A stretch of DNA of 64,000 nt from an uncultured Myxococcales bacterium (GTDB lineage Bacteria; Myxococcota_A; UBA9042): NCBI GenBank assembly GCA_903850505.1, contig CAINLT010000173.1, positions 7,120 to 71,119 on the forward strand. Reading direction: 5' to 3'. The notes beneath the pieces are model-generated. The model did not search any database, was not told the DNA's origin, and saw nothing but the letters and a program-made list of their open reading frames with translations. Position 1 is the stretch's first letter, and each line of letters starts with the position of its first letter. This document shows positions 18,753 through 28,950 of the stretch, in pieces. Both the position numbers and the translations under genes were made by a program.

Positions 18753-19640
18753 ATGCTGCAACCAGACGATCCCCGCCAAGAACTCCTGAACGCCATCGCG
18801 CTGCTGCCCGGACATTCGTCCGCGGAGCGCGAGGCCATCAACGTGTGGCTCAAAGCGCTGCCGGCGCCGCTCATGGGGCAGTGGCCGGACATGGCGCTGG
18901 CGGCGAGCGTGACGCTGGATCAGAAACGCCTGACGCTCCGGGCGGCGGGCGCGACGCTGCGGATGGCGCAATCGACGCGCGCGTTCCTGTCGCTGGCGGG
19001 CGGTGCGCCGAGCGAGCTTGCGGCGCTGGATGAGGCGCTGGAGACGCTGGACCCGGTGGTGCTGGGCTCGTGGCTGGAGATTGGCCCGCAGGGCGTGGAT
19101 GGCGGCTGGTTCCTGCCGTCGCCGATGCACCTGAAGGACGTCATCGGGCTGTTGCCGCCGAGCGACGCGCTGGACGCGCTGCTGCACTGGGCGGCGGAGC
19201 AGGGGATCGACCACTGCCTCGGCCTGCGCCGATCCGTGAATGCCGCGGCACCGTACACGGATCTGACGCTGCCGCTGCCCGACGGCATGGCGCACGAGCA
19301 GCTCGCGGCGACGCTCATCCTGTTTGACACGCTGGGCGCGCAGACGCTGCCGGAGCCGCTGCGGCGGGCGATCCTGCGCGAACTGGAAGCGCCGCTGGCG
19401 GTTTCCGCGTGGCTGCTGCCGGAGGGCCTCGCGCAGCTCAGCGTGCTGATCCACGACCCGAGCGACGCGCTGCGGGCGGCCGCCGCGACGGCTTGTGGTA
19501 CCAACGCCGACGGAATCCGGCCCTTCGTCAACGCGTGCGGCCCAGGTCAAGTTCCCATGGCGCTGGAGATCCAGCGCACCGCCGATGGCTTGCAGGCTGA
19601 ATTGCACTTGGAAGTGCGCGAAGCCGAGCCGCCCAACTGA
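18753..19640 (+). CDS. Hypothetical protein
   Basis: High-GC3 ORF with ATG 18753 (MLQPDDPRQELL). No motif recognised. Confidence 0.5.
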   Translation: MLQPDDPRQELLNAIALLPGHSSAEREAINVWLKALPAPLMGQWPDMALAASVTLDQKRLTLRAAGATLRMAQSTRAFLSLAGGAPSELAALDEALETLDPVVLGSWLEIGPQGVDGGWFLPSPMHLKDVIGLLPPSDALDALLHWAAEQGIDHCLGLRRSVNAAAPYTDLTLPLPDGMAHEQLAATLILFDTLGAQTLPEPLRRAILRELEAPLAVSAWLLPEGLAQLSVLIHDPSDALRAAAATACGTNADGIRPFVNACGPGQVPMALEIQRTADGLQAELHLEVREAEPPN

Positions 19641-19658
19641 CATCTTCTGGAGGAATTC

Positions 19659-20162
19659 ATGCAATTTCAGGTCGAACACCGGTTTTCCGGCATCACGCTA
19701 GCCGACTACGAGAAGCTGTACTTTGACGAGGCTTTCAACGAGGCGCTGTGCCAGACCGTCAAGCTGGAGCGCACGCTGGTCAAGCTGGACCATCAGGGCG
19801 ACAAACTGCACCGCCAGGTGCGCGTCAGCCCGGATCGCGAGCTGCCCGCGCCTGCCGCCAAGGTGATCGGCAGCAGCAAGATCGTCTACGTGGAGCACTG
19901 CGACTACACGTTCGGCAGCTTCCGCGGCACCTGGAAGACCATCTCCGGGATCATGCCCGACAAGATCGCGTCCAACGGCACTTTCTCGTTTCGCCAGGAC
20001 GGCAATGCCGTCGTGCGGCGCGTGGATGGCAGCGTCAGCGTCTCGGTCAACTTCATGATCAACAGCCTGATCGAGAAGGGCATCATCGCGGACGTGGAAA
20101 AGAGCTACCAGCAGGCGGCCGATTTCACCCAGCGCTGGATCACCAACGGCGGCAAAATCTAG
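19659..20162 (+). CDS. DUF2505/SRPBCC-like protein (tentative)
   Basis: 167 aa with a GGAGGA RBS upstream. The size and pattern (MQFQVEHRF...YEKLYFDEAFNEAL...) resemble DUF2505-type SRPBCC proteins from memory. Confidence 0.6.
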   Translation: MQFQVEHRFSGITLADYEKLYFDEAFNEALCQTVKLERTLVKLDHQGDKLHRQVRVSPDRELPAPAAKVIGSSKIVYVEHCDYTFGSFRGTWKTISGIMPDKIASNGTFSFRQDGNAVVRRVDGSVSVSVNFMINSLIEKGIIADVEKSYQQAADFTQRWITNGGKI

Positions 20163-20175
20163 CGACGAGGCGGCG

Positions 20176-20997
20176 ATGACGAAGCGATTGTTCCTGGCGC
20201 TGGCGCTGCTTGCGGCGTGCGGATCCAAGGCGGCGGCGGATGCGGCGACGGACGCTGCCGGCGATGTTGCCGCAGCGGAGGACGTCACGGCGGATGCCGG
20301 CGCCGACGTTGCGGTGCAACTCAGCCCCGCGGCGCAGATGTGCGCGGACATTGCGGCGCAGGTTTGCATCACGGCCATTGCCTGCTGTCAGGCCGGGACC
20401 AGCGCGGATTGCGTCGCCAACGAGACGGCGGCGTGCCTGAAGGTCGGCTTTGCCGGCATTGACGACGCCAGCGCGGCGGGCGTGGTCAAGCTGGATGCGA
20501 CGCGCGGCAAGGCGTGCCACGCCGCCCTGAATGCCGCGGCGACGGGTTGCGACTATCTGGGAATGCAGGCAGCGCGCCGGCAATGCCTGCTGGCGTGGCT
20601 GGACACCGCGTCCAAGGGCGACCAATGCACCGCAACGGCGCCCATCGCGTGTGACAGCTTCACTGGCCGCTGCGATCCCGTCACGATGGACAGCTACGCG
20701 TGCCGCAAGGCCGGCGCGGATGGGGACGGCTGCAACCTGGGGAAGCCGTGCAGCATCGACCTGGACTGCCTGAACACCAAGGTGACGCGCGCCACGGTCT
20801 GCGGCAAGCCCAACAGCACGTGCGAACTCTCCGACGCTTGCGCCCAGGGCTTCAAGTGCAGCTCCGGATTTGCCTGCGAGCCGTGGGACGGCGGCGGCAA
20901 GGCCGGGGTCACTTGCAAGGCCGATAACGAATGCGCCGTCGGTTTCGCCTGTGACGCCAGCTCGGCCAAGTGCACGGCCTCGTTCTGCGGCTTGTAG
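20176..20997 (+). CDS. Cysteine-rich lipoprotein
   Basis: Lipobox LALALLAACG, and many paired Cys in short repeats (C..G..C....DC, CSSGFACE, CAVGFACD). Confidence 0.65.
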   Translation: MTKRLFLALALLAACGSKAAADAATDAAGDVAAAEDVTADAGADVAVQLSPAAQMCADIAAQVCITAIACCQAGTSADCVANETAACLKVGFAGIDDASAAGVVKLDATRGKACHAALNAAATGCDYLGMQAARRQCLLAWLDTASKGDQCTATAPIACDSFTGRCDPVTMDSYACRKAGADGDGCNLGKPCSIDLDCLNTKVTRATVCGKPNSTCELSDACAQGFKCSSGFACEPWDGGGKAGVTCKADNECAVGFACDASSAKCTASFCGL

Positions 20998-22140
20998 CTA
21001 CGCGCCCGCAATCGCCCGCAGCGCCGCCAACGCAACGCCCGGCGCCGCACATTCTGCCGCCGTCAGCACGCCGCCCGTGAGGGCATTCTCGACGAGCCAC
21101 CAATCCGCGCCGATGACCGCGCGATCGGCGAGCTGTGTCCCCGCCAACTCCGCGCCCGAGCCGGTCTGCGCGGCCCGCGCGTACTGCACCGCCAGCATCA
21201 GCGCCTCCAGCGCGCGCGCCCGCGTCGGCAGCCACGCATCCTGAATGGGCGCCACCTGGTCCGGGTGCAGCACCCACTTGCCGGCGAAGCCCAGCACTTT
21301 GGCGTTCTCCGCGTCGCGCGCCGCCAGCGCCAGCGCCTCCGCGTGCGCCTGCACCTGTGCGTTGTGTTCGGGCGTTCCCGGCTCCGCCGTTGGCCGGATC
21401 GGCAGCATCGCCGTCACCGCGTCGACCGCGTCCTTGCCTTCGCTCGCGGCGATAACGGGCAGCAACTGTCGCACCGCCGCCAGATCCGTCGTCCACGACT
21501 GCGCGCGCACTTCGCCGCCGACCATCCGGGCAAAATCCCACGCGCCAAACGTCAGCGACGCCACGCTCGGGATCGCCGCGATCTGCTGGGCTTGGCCAAA
21601 CGCGCGCGGGCTCTCAATCAGCACCTCCAGCATCGGCCGATTGTCGTGGCCCGCGTGCCGCTGGATCTGCGCGACCAGCCGGGCGATCGCCGCGATCTCG
21701 CCAGCGTCCTCCGTTTTGGCGATGACGAGCGCGTGGAGCTTGTGGCCCGCCGCCGTCAGCACGTCGACCAAATCGTCCTCAAAATAGCGCGACCGCACGT
21801 CGTTGGGCCGGAACGCGACGATGCGCTGGGCAAAATCGAGCTGCTGCAACGCCTCCGCACAGAACCGTCGGGCATAAGCCTTGAACTCCGGATGGTCCGG
21901 CGCCGCGTCCTCCAGGTCGTAGAAAAAACAGTCCGCCGCCGTCTCCGTCGCTTTCTGCAGCAACTTCCATGACTGCGCCCGGCCATCGGTCGCGGGATCG
22001 CCGCCCGCGCGCATCTTGAACGCCGGAATCGCCATCACGCCCCGCCGGCGATACGGCACCAGCCGACCCCGGCGCTGCGGCGGCGCCAGCCGTTCCTGCA
22101 GGTCCTGAATTTCCTGATGAATGTCTTCACGCTGCAGCAT
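20998..22140 (-). CDS. HpcH/HpaI aldolase / citrate-lyase beta (CitE)-like family protein
   Basis: Motifs FFYDLEDAAP (CitE D-x-E-D), IAKTEDAGEI, LIESPRAF, FGAWDFA and KWVLHPDQV. ATG 22140 (MLQREDIHQE) was chosen. The longer track ORF runs to 22455 and overlaps the BMC-P gene. Confidence 0.75.
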   Translation of the reverse strand: MLQREDIHQEIQDLQERLAPPQRRGRLVPYRRRGVMAIPAFKMRAGGDPATDGRAQSWKLLQKATETAADCFFYDLEDAAPDHPEFKAYARRFCAEALQQLDFAQRIVAFRPNDVRSRYFEDDLVDVLTAAGHKLHALVIAKTEDAGEIAAIARLVAQIQRHAGHDNRPMLEVLIESPRAFGQAQQIAAIPSVASLTFGAWDFARMVGGEVRAQSWTTDLAAVRQLLPVIAASEGKDAVDAVTAMLPIRPTAEPGTPEHNAQVQAHAEALALAARDAENAKVLGFAGKWVLHPDQVAPIQDAWLPTRARALEALMLAVQYARAAQTGSGAELAGTQLADRAVIGADWWLVENALTGGVLTAAECAAPGVALAALRAIAGA

Positions 22141-22203
22141 CGTGTTCCTTTGGGGCGGCGGCAAGGTCTTGTCGACAGCCCGCGCGCGTGCGACAGTGTG
22201 CCT

Positions 22204-22533
22204 ATGCTGCTTGCGCGCGTCATCGGCAATGTCGTCGCTACCCGGAAAACGCCGGGGCTGGAGGGTATTCGCCTCCTGATGGTGCAGCCGATTGACGAGC
22301 ATGGTGCCGACCGCGGCAAGCCGCTCTGCGCGGCAGACACGACCCAAGCGGGTCCCGGCGATTGTGTGCACCTGACGACGTCGCGTGAAGCGGCGCTGGC
22401 GATGCCTGATCCGTTTGTGCCGGTCGACGCCGCGATCATCGGCATCGTTGATCAAATCGACGTGCCGGCGCGCGCCACGGTGGCTGCGCCCCGGACAGCA
22501 GCGCCCAAGACTACCGCACGGAGGGCAAAGTGA
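22204..22533 (+). CDS. Bacterial microcompartment vertex protein, EutN/CcmL family (BMC-P)
   Basis: [31 protein letters not shown]...[13 protein letters not shown] is the canonical EutN/CcmL pattern, followed by a basic A/P/T-rich tail of about 25 aa. Confidence 0.85.
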   Translation: MLLARVIGNVVATRKTPGLEGIRLLMVQPIDEHGADRGKPLCAADTTQAGPGDCVHLTTSREAALAMPDPFVPVDAAIIGIVDQIDVPARATVAAPRTAAPKTTARRAK

Positions 22534-22802
22534 TCCTCGCGCGCGTCCTCGGCAGCGTCGTTTCGACCGTCAAGCATCCGAGCCTGCGCGGCCTGCCGCT
22601 TTTTGCCGTGCAGCCGATTGAGCCCGACGGCAGCGACTCCGGCGACAGCTTCCTCGCCGTCGATCACGCGCAATCTGGCCCGGGGGACACCGTCGTCATC
22701 CTCCGCGAAGGCAACGGCATCCGCCAATTGCTCGGCGACAGCAAAGCGCCCGTGCGCTGCCTGATCGTCGGCGTCGTCGACGCCGTCTCCACGATCGACT
22801 GA
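22530..22802 (+). CDS. Bacterial microcompartment vertex protein, EutN/CcmL family (BMC-P), second paralogue
   Basis: [31 protein letters not shown]...[10 protein letters not shown]. The GTG start overlaps the preceding stop (GTGA). A GGAGGG RBS lies upstream. Confidence 0.85.
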   Translation: MILARVLGSVVSTVKHPSLRGLPLFAVQPIEPDGSDSGDSFLAVDHAQSGPGDTVVILREGNGIRQLLGDSKAPVRCLIVGVVDAVSTID

Positions 22803-23503
22803 TGGCGACGACCCTGCACCGGCTGCATCTGGGTGAACCGACGCTGGCGCAGGCCCGTCGGCAACTTCTGGCGATCGCCCAGGAGCTTCACGCGCGTGGC
22901 TGGGTGGCCAATCACGACGGCAACGTCACGCTGCGGCTGCCCGGGGAGCACCTCCTGGCGACGCCGACGGCGCTGTCCAAGCGCGTGCTCATGGAGAGTG
23001 ACCTGATTGTGCTGGACGCTCGGGACCGCGTGCTGCAAGGCGGGCGCAAGGTGTTTTCCGAGCTGAAGCTGCACCGCGCGGTGTACGCGGCGCGGCCGGA
23101 TGTGCGCGCGGTTGTGCACACCCATGCGCCCAACGCGACGGCGCTGGCGGTGGCGGGCGTGGCGATCGAGCCGCGGATGTTGGCAGAAGCCGTGGTGTCG
23201 CTGGGCGCGGAGATTCCCCTGCTGCCGTATGCGTTTCCACAGAGCGCTGAGCAAATTGGCCAGCTGACGCAAGCGGCGCTGAAGTTTGACGCGCTGACGC
23301 TGGGCAATCACGGCGTGCTGGCGTGGGGCGACGATCTGGAGCAGGCGTATCTGCGCGCTGAGCTGTTGGAGCACCTCGCGGCGATCCAGCTGCGGGCGAT
23401 GCAGATTGGCCGCCTGACGACGCTGCCGGCGGTTGATTTGGCGCGGCTGTTGGAGGCCCGCAAGAAGGCCGGCCTCGGTCCGGAAGCGCGGCAAAAAGGA
23501 TAA
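22802..23503 (+). CDS. Class II aldolase/adducin family protein
   Basis: ELHARGWVANHDGNVTLRL, HTHAPNATALA and LGNHGVLAWGDDLEQAY. The ATG overlaps the BMC-P2 stop (TGATG). Confidence 0.85.
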   Translation: MATTLHRLHLGEPTLAQARRQLLAIAQELHARGWVANHDGNVTLRLPGEHLLATPTALSKRVLMESDLIVLDARDRVLQGGRKVFSELKLHRAVYAARPDVRAVVHTHAPNATALAVAGVAIEPRMLAEAVVSLGAEIPLLPYAFPQSAEQIGQLTQAALKFDALTLGNHGVLAWGDDLEQAYLRAELLEHLAAIQLRAMQIGRLTTLPAVDLARLLEARKKAGLGPEARQKG

Positions 23504-23506
23504 TTC

Positions 23507-25144
23507 ATGCGACATCTCTGGCTGTTCCTTCTCGTGCTCCCGCTGGCGTGCGGTGCACCGCAAGTGCCGGCCGCGACGTCGACCGCGCCGGCCGTACGGC
23601 GCTGCCTGTTGCTGACGACCAATGACAGCGAGTCCAACTTTGACGGTGCCGTGCGCGGGGCGGACGGCAAGCTGACCTACACGTACCCGCTGGCCCGCAT
23701 CGCTGCGGCCAAGAAGGCAGCGCTGTTGGCGAACCCGGGCGGCGTGCTGCTGCTGGAAGGCGGGGACATGCTGCAGGGCAGGTTCCTGGAGCGGCAGGAC
23801 GGCGATCGCGCGCGGGCAGCGGCGGACAACTGGCCGGTCTATGAGGCGGCGGGCTACGATTTTGGCGCGCTGGGCAATCACGAGTTCGACAACGGCCCCA
23901 AGGTTGTGCGGCGCGCGCTGCTGGGGCTGCACCAGTTCCGCATGCTGGCGGCAAACGTCGATGGCGTTGGAACGGCGCTTGAGCCAGCGGACGCGGGCCA
24001 CGCCAACGGGCTGTTTGGCGCGATGGCGGTCGCCGATTGCGGCGGCATCAAGATCGGCCTGTTTGGCCTGCTGACGCCGAGCACGCGGACGATTTCCGAT
24101 CTCGGCGACGTCAAGCTCAAGCCGTTGGAGGAGAGCGCCAAGGCGGCGATCGCCGGGCTGCGGCAGCAGGGCGCGGAGACCATCGTGCTGCTCTCCCACC
24201 TCGGCGTGGACGAGGACAAACAGCTGGCGGCGGACGTGCCTGGCATCGACGTGATCGTTGGCGGCCATTCCCACACCAAGCTGGAACACGCGATCCGCGT
24301 GGGTCCGACGTGGATCACCCAGACCGGCGCGCGTTTTGAGCGGCTGGGACGGATCGACTTGGCAGTCGACCCTGCGGGTCATCTGGCCGACGCGACGACC
24401 TACGCGCTGGAAAAGCCTGAGCAGCACGCGCCGGACGCGGCTATCGTCGCCCAGACGGACAAGCTGCTGGCCGAACTGGTGCCGGAGAAGGTCATCGGCA
24501 AGCGCGATTTTGCCTGGGACGTGATGGACATCGCGCATTCGCAGTACGCCGTTCGCGCCACGCGGGCGGTGGCGCAGTACGCCGAACGCATCAGCAAGCA
24601 CCACGTTGACGGCGGCTTGTTGAATACCGGCGGTTTCCGCAGCCACACGATCTATCCGCCCGGACCGGTCACGAACCTGGAAGTCTCGGCGATTCACCCG
24701 TTCCGCAACCGCGTGGTGCTGGTGACGTTGACCGGTGAGCACCTGCGCGACGTGCTGGAGCACGCCTGCGGTCACGCGCAGAACCAGGAACATGGCGCCA
24801 ACAGCATCGTCTGGGGCGTGCAGATGCGGTGCGACGTGGCGCGGACGGCGGCGCGCTACAAATACGTCGACAACAAGCCGGTGGCGATTGAGCTGCGCGG
24901 CGAACGCGCCCAGGACATCACGGTCGGCGGGATGCCGCTGGTGCCGGGCAAGAAATACACGATCGCGACGCTGGACTACCTCGCGCGCGGCGGCAGCAGC
25001 TACCTGCCGCTGCAGTTCGGCGAGCGCCAGTGCCTGGACGGCAAGCCGTTCAAGGCCGATGACAAGGCGGCGTGCGGCGAAACCGCGCTGCTGTCCGACG
25101 TGATTCTGGAAGCGGTGACAGCAGGCGAGCTGGACAAGAACTGA
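23507..25144 (+). CDS. Bifunctional metallophosphatase/5'-nucleotidase-family lipoprotein
   Basis: Lipobox LLVLPLACG. Metallophosphoesterase motifs GGDMLQG, GNHEFDNG and GGHSH. The C-terminal 5'-nucleotidase-like domain contains TLDYLARGG. Confidence 0.85.
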   Translation: MRHLWLFLLVLPLACGAPQVPAATSTAPAVRRCLLLTTNDSESNFDGAVRGADGKLTYTYPLARIAAAKKAALLANPGGVLLLEGGDMLQGRFLERQDGDRARAAADNWPVYEAAGYDFGALGNHEFDNGPKVVRRALLGLHQFRMLAANVDGVGTALEPADAGHANGLFGAMAVADCGGIKIGLFGLLTPSTRTISDLGDVKLKPLEESAKAAIAGLRQQGAETIVLLSHLGVDEDKQLAADVPGIDVIVGGHSHTKLEHAIRVGPTWITQTGARFERLGRIDLAVDPAGHLADATTYALEKPEQHAPDAAIVAQTDKLLAELVPEKVIGKRDFAWDVMDIAHSQYAVRATRAVAQYAERISKHHVDGGLLNTGGFRSHTIYPPGPVTNLEVSAIHPFRNRVVLVTLTGEHLRDVLEHACGHAQNQEHGANSIVWGVQMRCDVARTAARYKYVDNKPVAIELRGERAQDITVGGMPLVPGKKYTIATLDYLARGGSSYLPLQFGERQCLDGKPFKADDKAACGETALLSDVILEAVTAGELDKN

Positions 25145-25147
25145 GGA

Positions 25148-26287
25148 CTAGCCCTGCCGGTCAGAAATCATCCGCTTGGCGGTGCGCGCGACGGTCTGAT
25201 TGACGTCCCGGCTGCCGGACGCATCCTTCAAATCCTTGGGCGAGAGCTGCCGCAGGAACGTCATCGAAAATGCCAACGGCGTCTTGGGGTTGAATACCAG
25301 CGCCTTGCGCGTGGCGTAGTCCTTGACCCAGTTGCGGTTGCGGCAGATCGTCGTCAACAGCTCCTCAGACAGCGTCTTGTTCGCGGCGAAGTTGGTGATC
25401 TCGCCCTCCGTCACGCGCGGCGAGCGCAGCACCGCGAGCGCCACGAGCTTCTTGGGATCGAGGATCAGCAGCTTGCGCACGTTGGCGTCGCCGACCATCG
25501 CGAGCCGCACTTTCTGCGACACCGACATCTTGGTGATGAGCGACTGCAGCGTGGAGGTCTTGTCGTCGTCGGTCTTGGCTTCCTCCGGCGTCGGCGCCTG
25601 CGTTGTCGATCCGTGTTCGCGCTCGTAACTCTGCGTTGCCCACGCCATCGCGAGCGCGAACTCACTGTCATTCAAGCCCTTCTCGTGGGGCGCGTCGGCG
25701 TCCTCGCCAGACAGGATCGCCTTCATCTCGCGAAAGCCCGAGATGTGCTCCAGCGGCAGGTTCTGGCGCACGCCGAGCTCAAGCAGATTTTGCACCACGC
25801 CCTGTGCGGCGCGCGGATTGAGCCACAGCGCCTCGATGATCGCCGGCGAGCGCAGCGCGCGCACCTGGTTGCGGCCAATCGCTTCACAGACTTCCGCTGA
25901 CGCCGTGCCCGCCAGCCAGCGAACGGTGTCGTCGGCGATCGTGTTGTGCATCGCCAGCTCGCGTGCGACCTGATCATGCTTGCGGAAGACGCGCGCGGCG
26001 GCATCGAGCGCCGCTGCCGACCGGAGCTGCGTCAGCACCGGGTGCACGAGGTCCGGCGGCATTTCCTGCAGCGCGATGGCGGCTTTCTTGCGCACCAACT
26101 CGTCCTCGTCCTGACTCAGGAAGAGCAGCACGGGCACCAGCTGATCGGGCGAGAGCGGCAGCGCGCCACCTGCAGCGCGGAGTCGGGTCGCGACGGGTGA
26201 CGTCGCGGCGAGGAACGGCTGCATGCGCTCGGGCAGCTCGTCGATCGCCATGGCCGTGCCACTGATGTAGGGCTTGAGTTCAGACAT
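25148..26287 (-). CDS. Hypothetical protein with HEAT/ARM-like helical repeats
   Basis: High-GC3 ORF starting 12 nt downstream of the deoA stop. It has helical repeat character (LVRKKAAIALQEMPPDLV..., VLRSPRVTEGEI...). No family recognised. Confidence 0.55.
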   Translation of the reverse strand: MSELKPYISGTAMAIDELPERMQPFLAATSPVATRLRAAGGALPLSPDQLVPVLLFLSQDEDELVRKKAAIALQEMPPDLVHPVLTQLRSAAALDAAARVFRKHDQVARELAMHNTIADDTVRWLAGTASAEVCEAIGRNQVRALRSPAIIEALWLNPRAAQGVVQNLLELGVRQNLPLEHISGFREMKAILSGEDADAPHEKGLNDSEFALAMAWATQSYEREHGSTTQAPTPEEAKTDDDKTSTLQSLITKMSVSQKVRLAMVGDANVRKLLILDPKKLVALAVLRSPRVTEGEITNFAANKTLSEELLTTICRNRNWVKDYATRKALVFNPKTPLAFSMTFLRQLSPKDLKDASGSRDVNQTVARTAKRMISDRQG

Positions 26288-26299
26288 GCGTGCACCCTC

Positions 26300-27616
<1,317 letters not shown>

Positions 27617-27664
27617 AGGACACCTCCGCGCCGAGTGTGACACATCTGTGCCAGCGCGCGAAGT

Positions 27665-28726
27665 TCAGCGGACCGCGATTTCCAGCGTCACCAGCGGACT
27701 GGCCAACAAACCGCGGCCGATCAGCCAGACGTGGTCGCTTTGCTCCTGACCCTGCGCGCAATGCAGCACCGGGTACTGCGCGCGCTTCGGTTGCAGACCG
27801 GCGGCGAAGCTGGCGATTTCCTGCGGGCTGGCGCCGCTGCGGATGGCCCAGAGGTGGACGCGGCGGTCGGCTTCATTGACACCGCCTTCGCAGCCGGTCG
27901 ACAGGAGAACGCCGCCGTCCGCCAGCGCCGTGATGCCATGGACGGGACCTTGGAGGCGTCCAAGGGTCGTCAGCGTGCGCGTCTGGCGGTCCCAGCGCAG
28001 CGCGATGTTCTTGAACCGGCCCGCGTCGCTGCCGGCGTCCGTGCCCCAAATGACCGCGTCGGGCAGGAACGCCACGCCGATGGCACGCCATGACTGGTTG
28101 CCGCCGCCGATGACCTGCCAGCTTGCGCCGCGGTCCGTGGAGCGCCACAGCGCGCTTTCGGCGTCGCGGTCGCCCGTGCCGAGCCACAGCGAACCGTCCA
28201 CTGGATCCTGCTGGATGAAGTGGATGTGGCGGACCAGACCGGCGGCGAACGCGAAGACTTGTTGAAAGGTGTGGGCGCCGTCGTCGGAGCGCCACAGGCG
28301 GATCGCGCGGTCGCGGCGCGGATTGAGCGTGTATTCGGCGCAATAGACTTGGCCTTCGGCGCTGCGCAGCACGCCCAGACGCGCGGGTTTGCGGAAGTCG
28401 AACTGCAATGCCTCGTGCCAGCGGCCATCCTCGACGCGCCACAGGCGCCCCGTTGCGACCACAAGCTGCGCCCGATCGGTCAGCGGCAGCAAGCCGTGGA
28501 TGCCGATCCGGAGCGCCTGACCGACAAATGCCGACCGGCCCAGCAAACGCTGCCACGCGGGTTCAGGCAGGCGATCCTGGAGCTGCCACGGGCTACCGGC
28601 GAGCGCGCGCGTGTACAGGCGCCCGCCGCGACTGGCCCACACGCGGCCGAAACCGAGCGCATGGACCGAGAGGCCGCGCCAGGAGCCGAGGATCTGGATG
28701 CCTGGGTGTGTTGCGCCGAGCAGCAT
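27665..28726 (-). CDS. Cytoplasmic BNR/Asp-box beta-propeller-like protein
   Basis: Two Asp-box-like motifs (WRSDDGAHTF, WRSTDRGASW) and repeated blade-like segments. No signal peptide. ATG 28726 has a GGAGGA RBS. Confidence 0.65.
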   Translation of the reverse strand: MLLGATHPGIQILGSWRGLSVHALGFGRVWASRGGRLYTRALAGSPWQLQDRLPEPAWQRLLGRSAFVGQALRIGIHGLLPLTDRAQLVVATGRLWRVEDGRWHEALQFDFRKPARLGVLRSAEGQVYCAEYTLNPRRDRAIRLWRSDDGAHTFQQVFAFAAGLVRHIHFIQQDPVDGSLWLGTGDRDAESALWRSTDRGASWQVIGGGNQSWRAIGVAFLPDAVIWGTDAGSDAGRFKNIALRWDRQTRTLTTLGRLQGPVHGITALADGGVLLSTGCEGGVNEADRRVHLWAIRSGASPQEIASFAAGLQPKRAQYPVLHCAQGQEQSDHVWLIGRGLLASPLVTLEIAVR

Positions 28727-28887
28727 GGCGTCCTCCGTGGAGCAGGGCACGCGGCAAAGGGCGTGGCGCTCATCGCGACGTCGCCCGCGCTCTGCGCAAG
28801 GGATCGTCACGCGAATGCGCGGAGGCTCGCGCAGCGAGTCTCCGGTCCGGGTGCGTGCGTCAGCACCCCACCCGGACTAGAGCCCGG

Positions 28888-28906
28888 TCCGGCCGCTTCG
28901 GCCGGA
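28888..28906 (-). terminator. Candidate stem-loop terminator downstream of the SPASM radical SAM gene
   Basis: An 8-bp GC-rich stem, TCCGGCCG-CTT-CGGCCGGA, lies about 45 nt past the stop at 28951. There is no U-tract, which is common in high-GC genomes. Confidence 0.35.
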
Positions 28907-28950
28907 TGCGCCCCAAAGAAGCCGTCAACGTGCCGCTGCGAGCGAAGTGT

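Noticed and set aside
22141-22203. Direct repeat CGACAG (22173 and 22191) in the 63-nt divergent region between the CitE-like and BMC-P genes, as a possible operator.
   Set aside because: Only 6 nt are repeated, which chance explains easily in GC-rich DNA.
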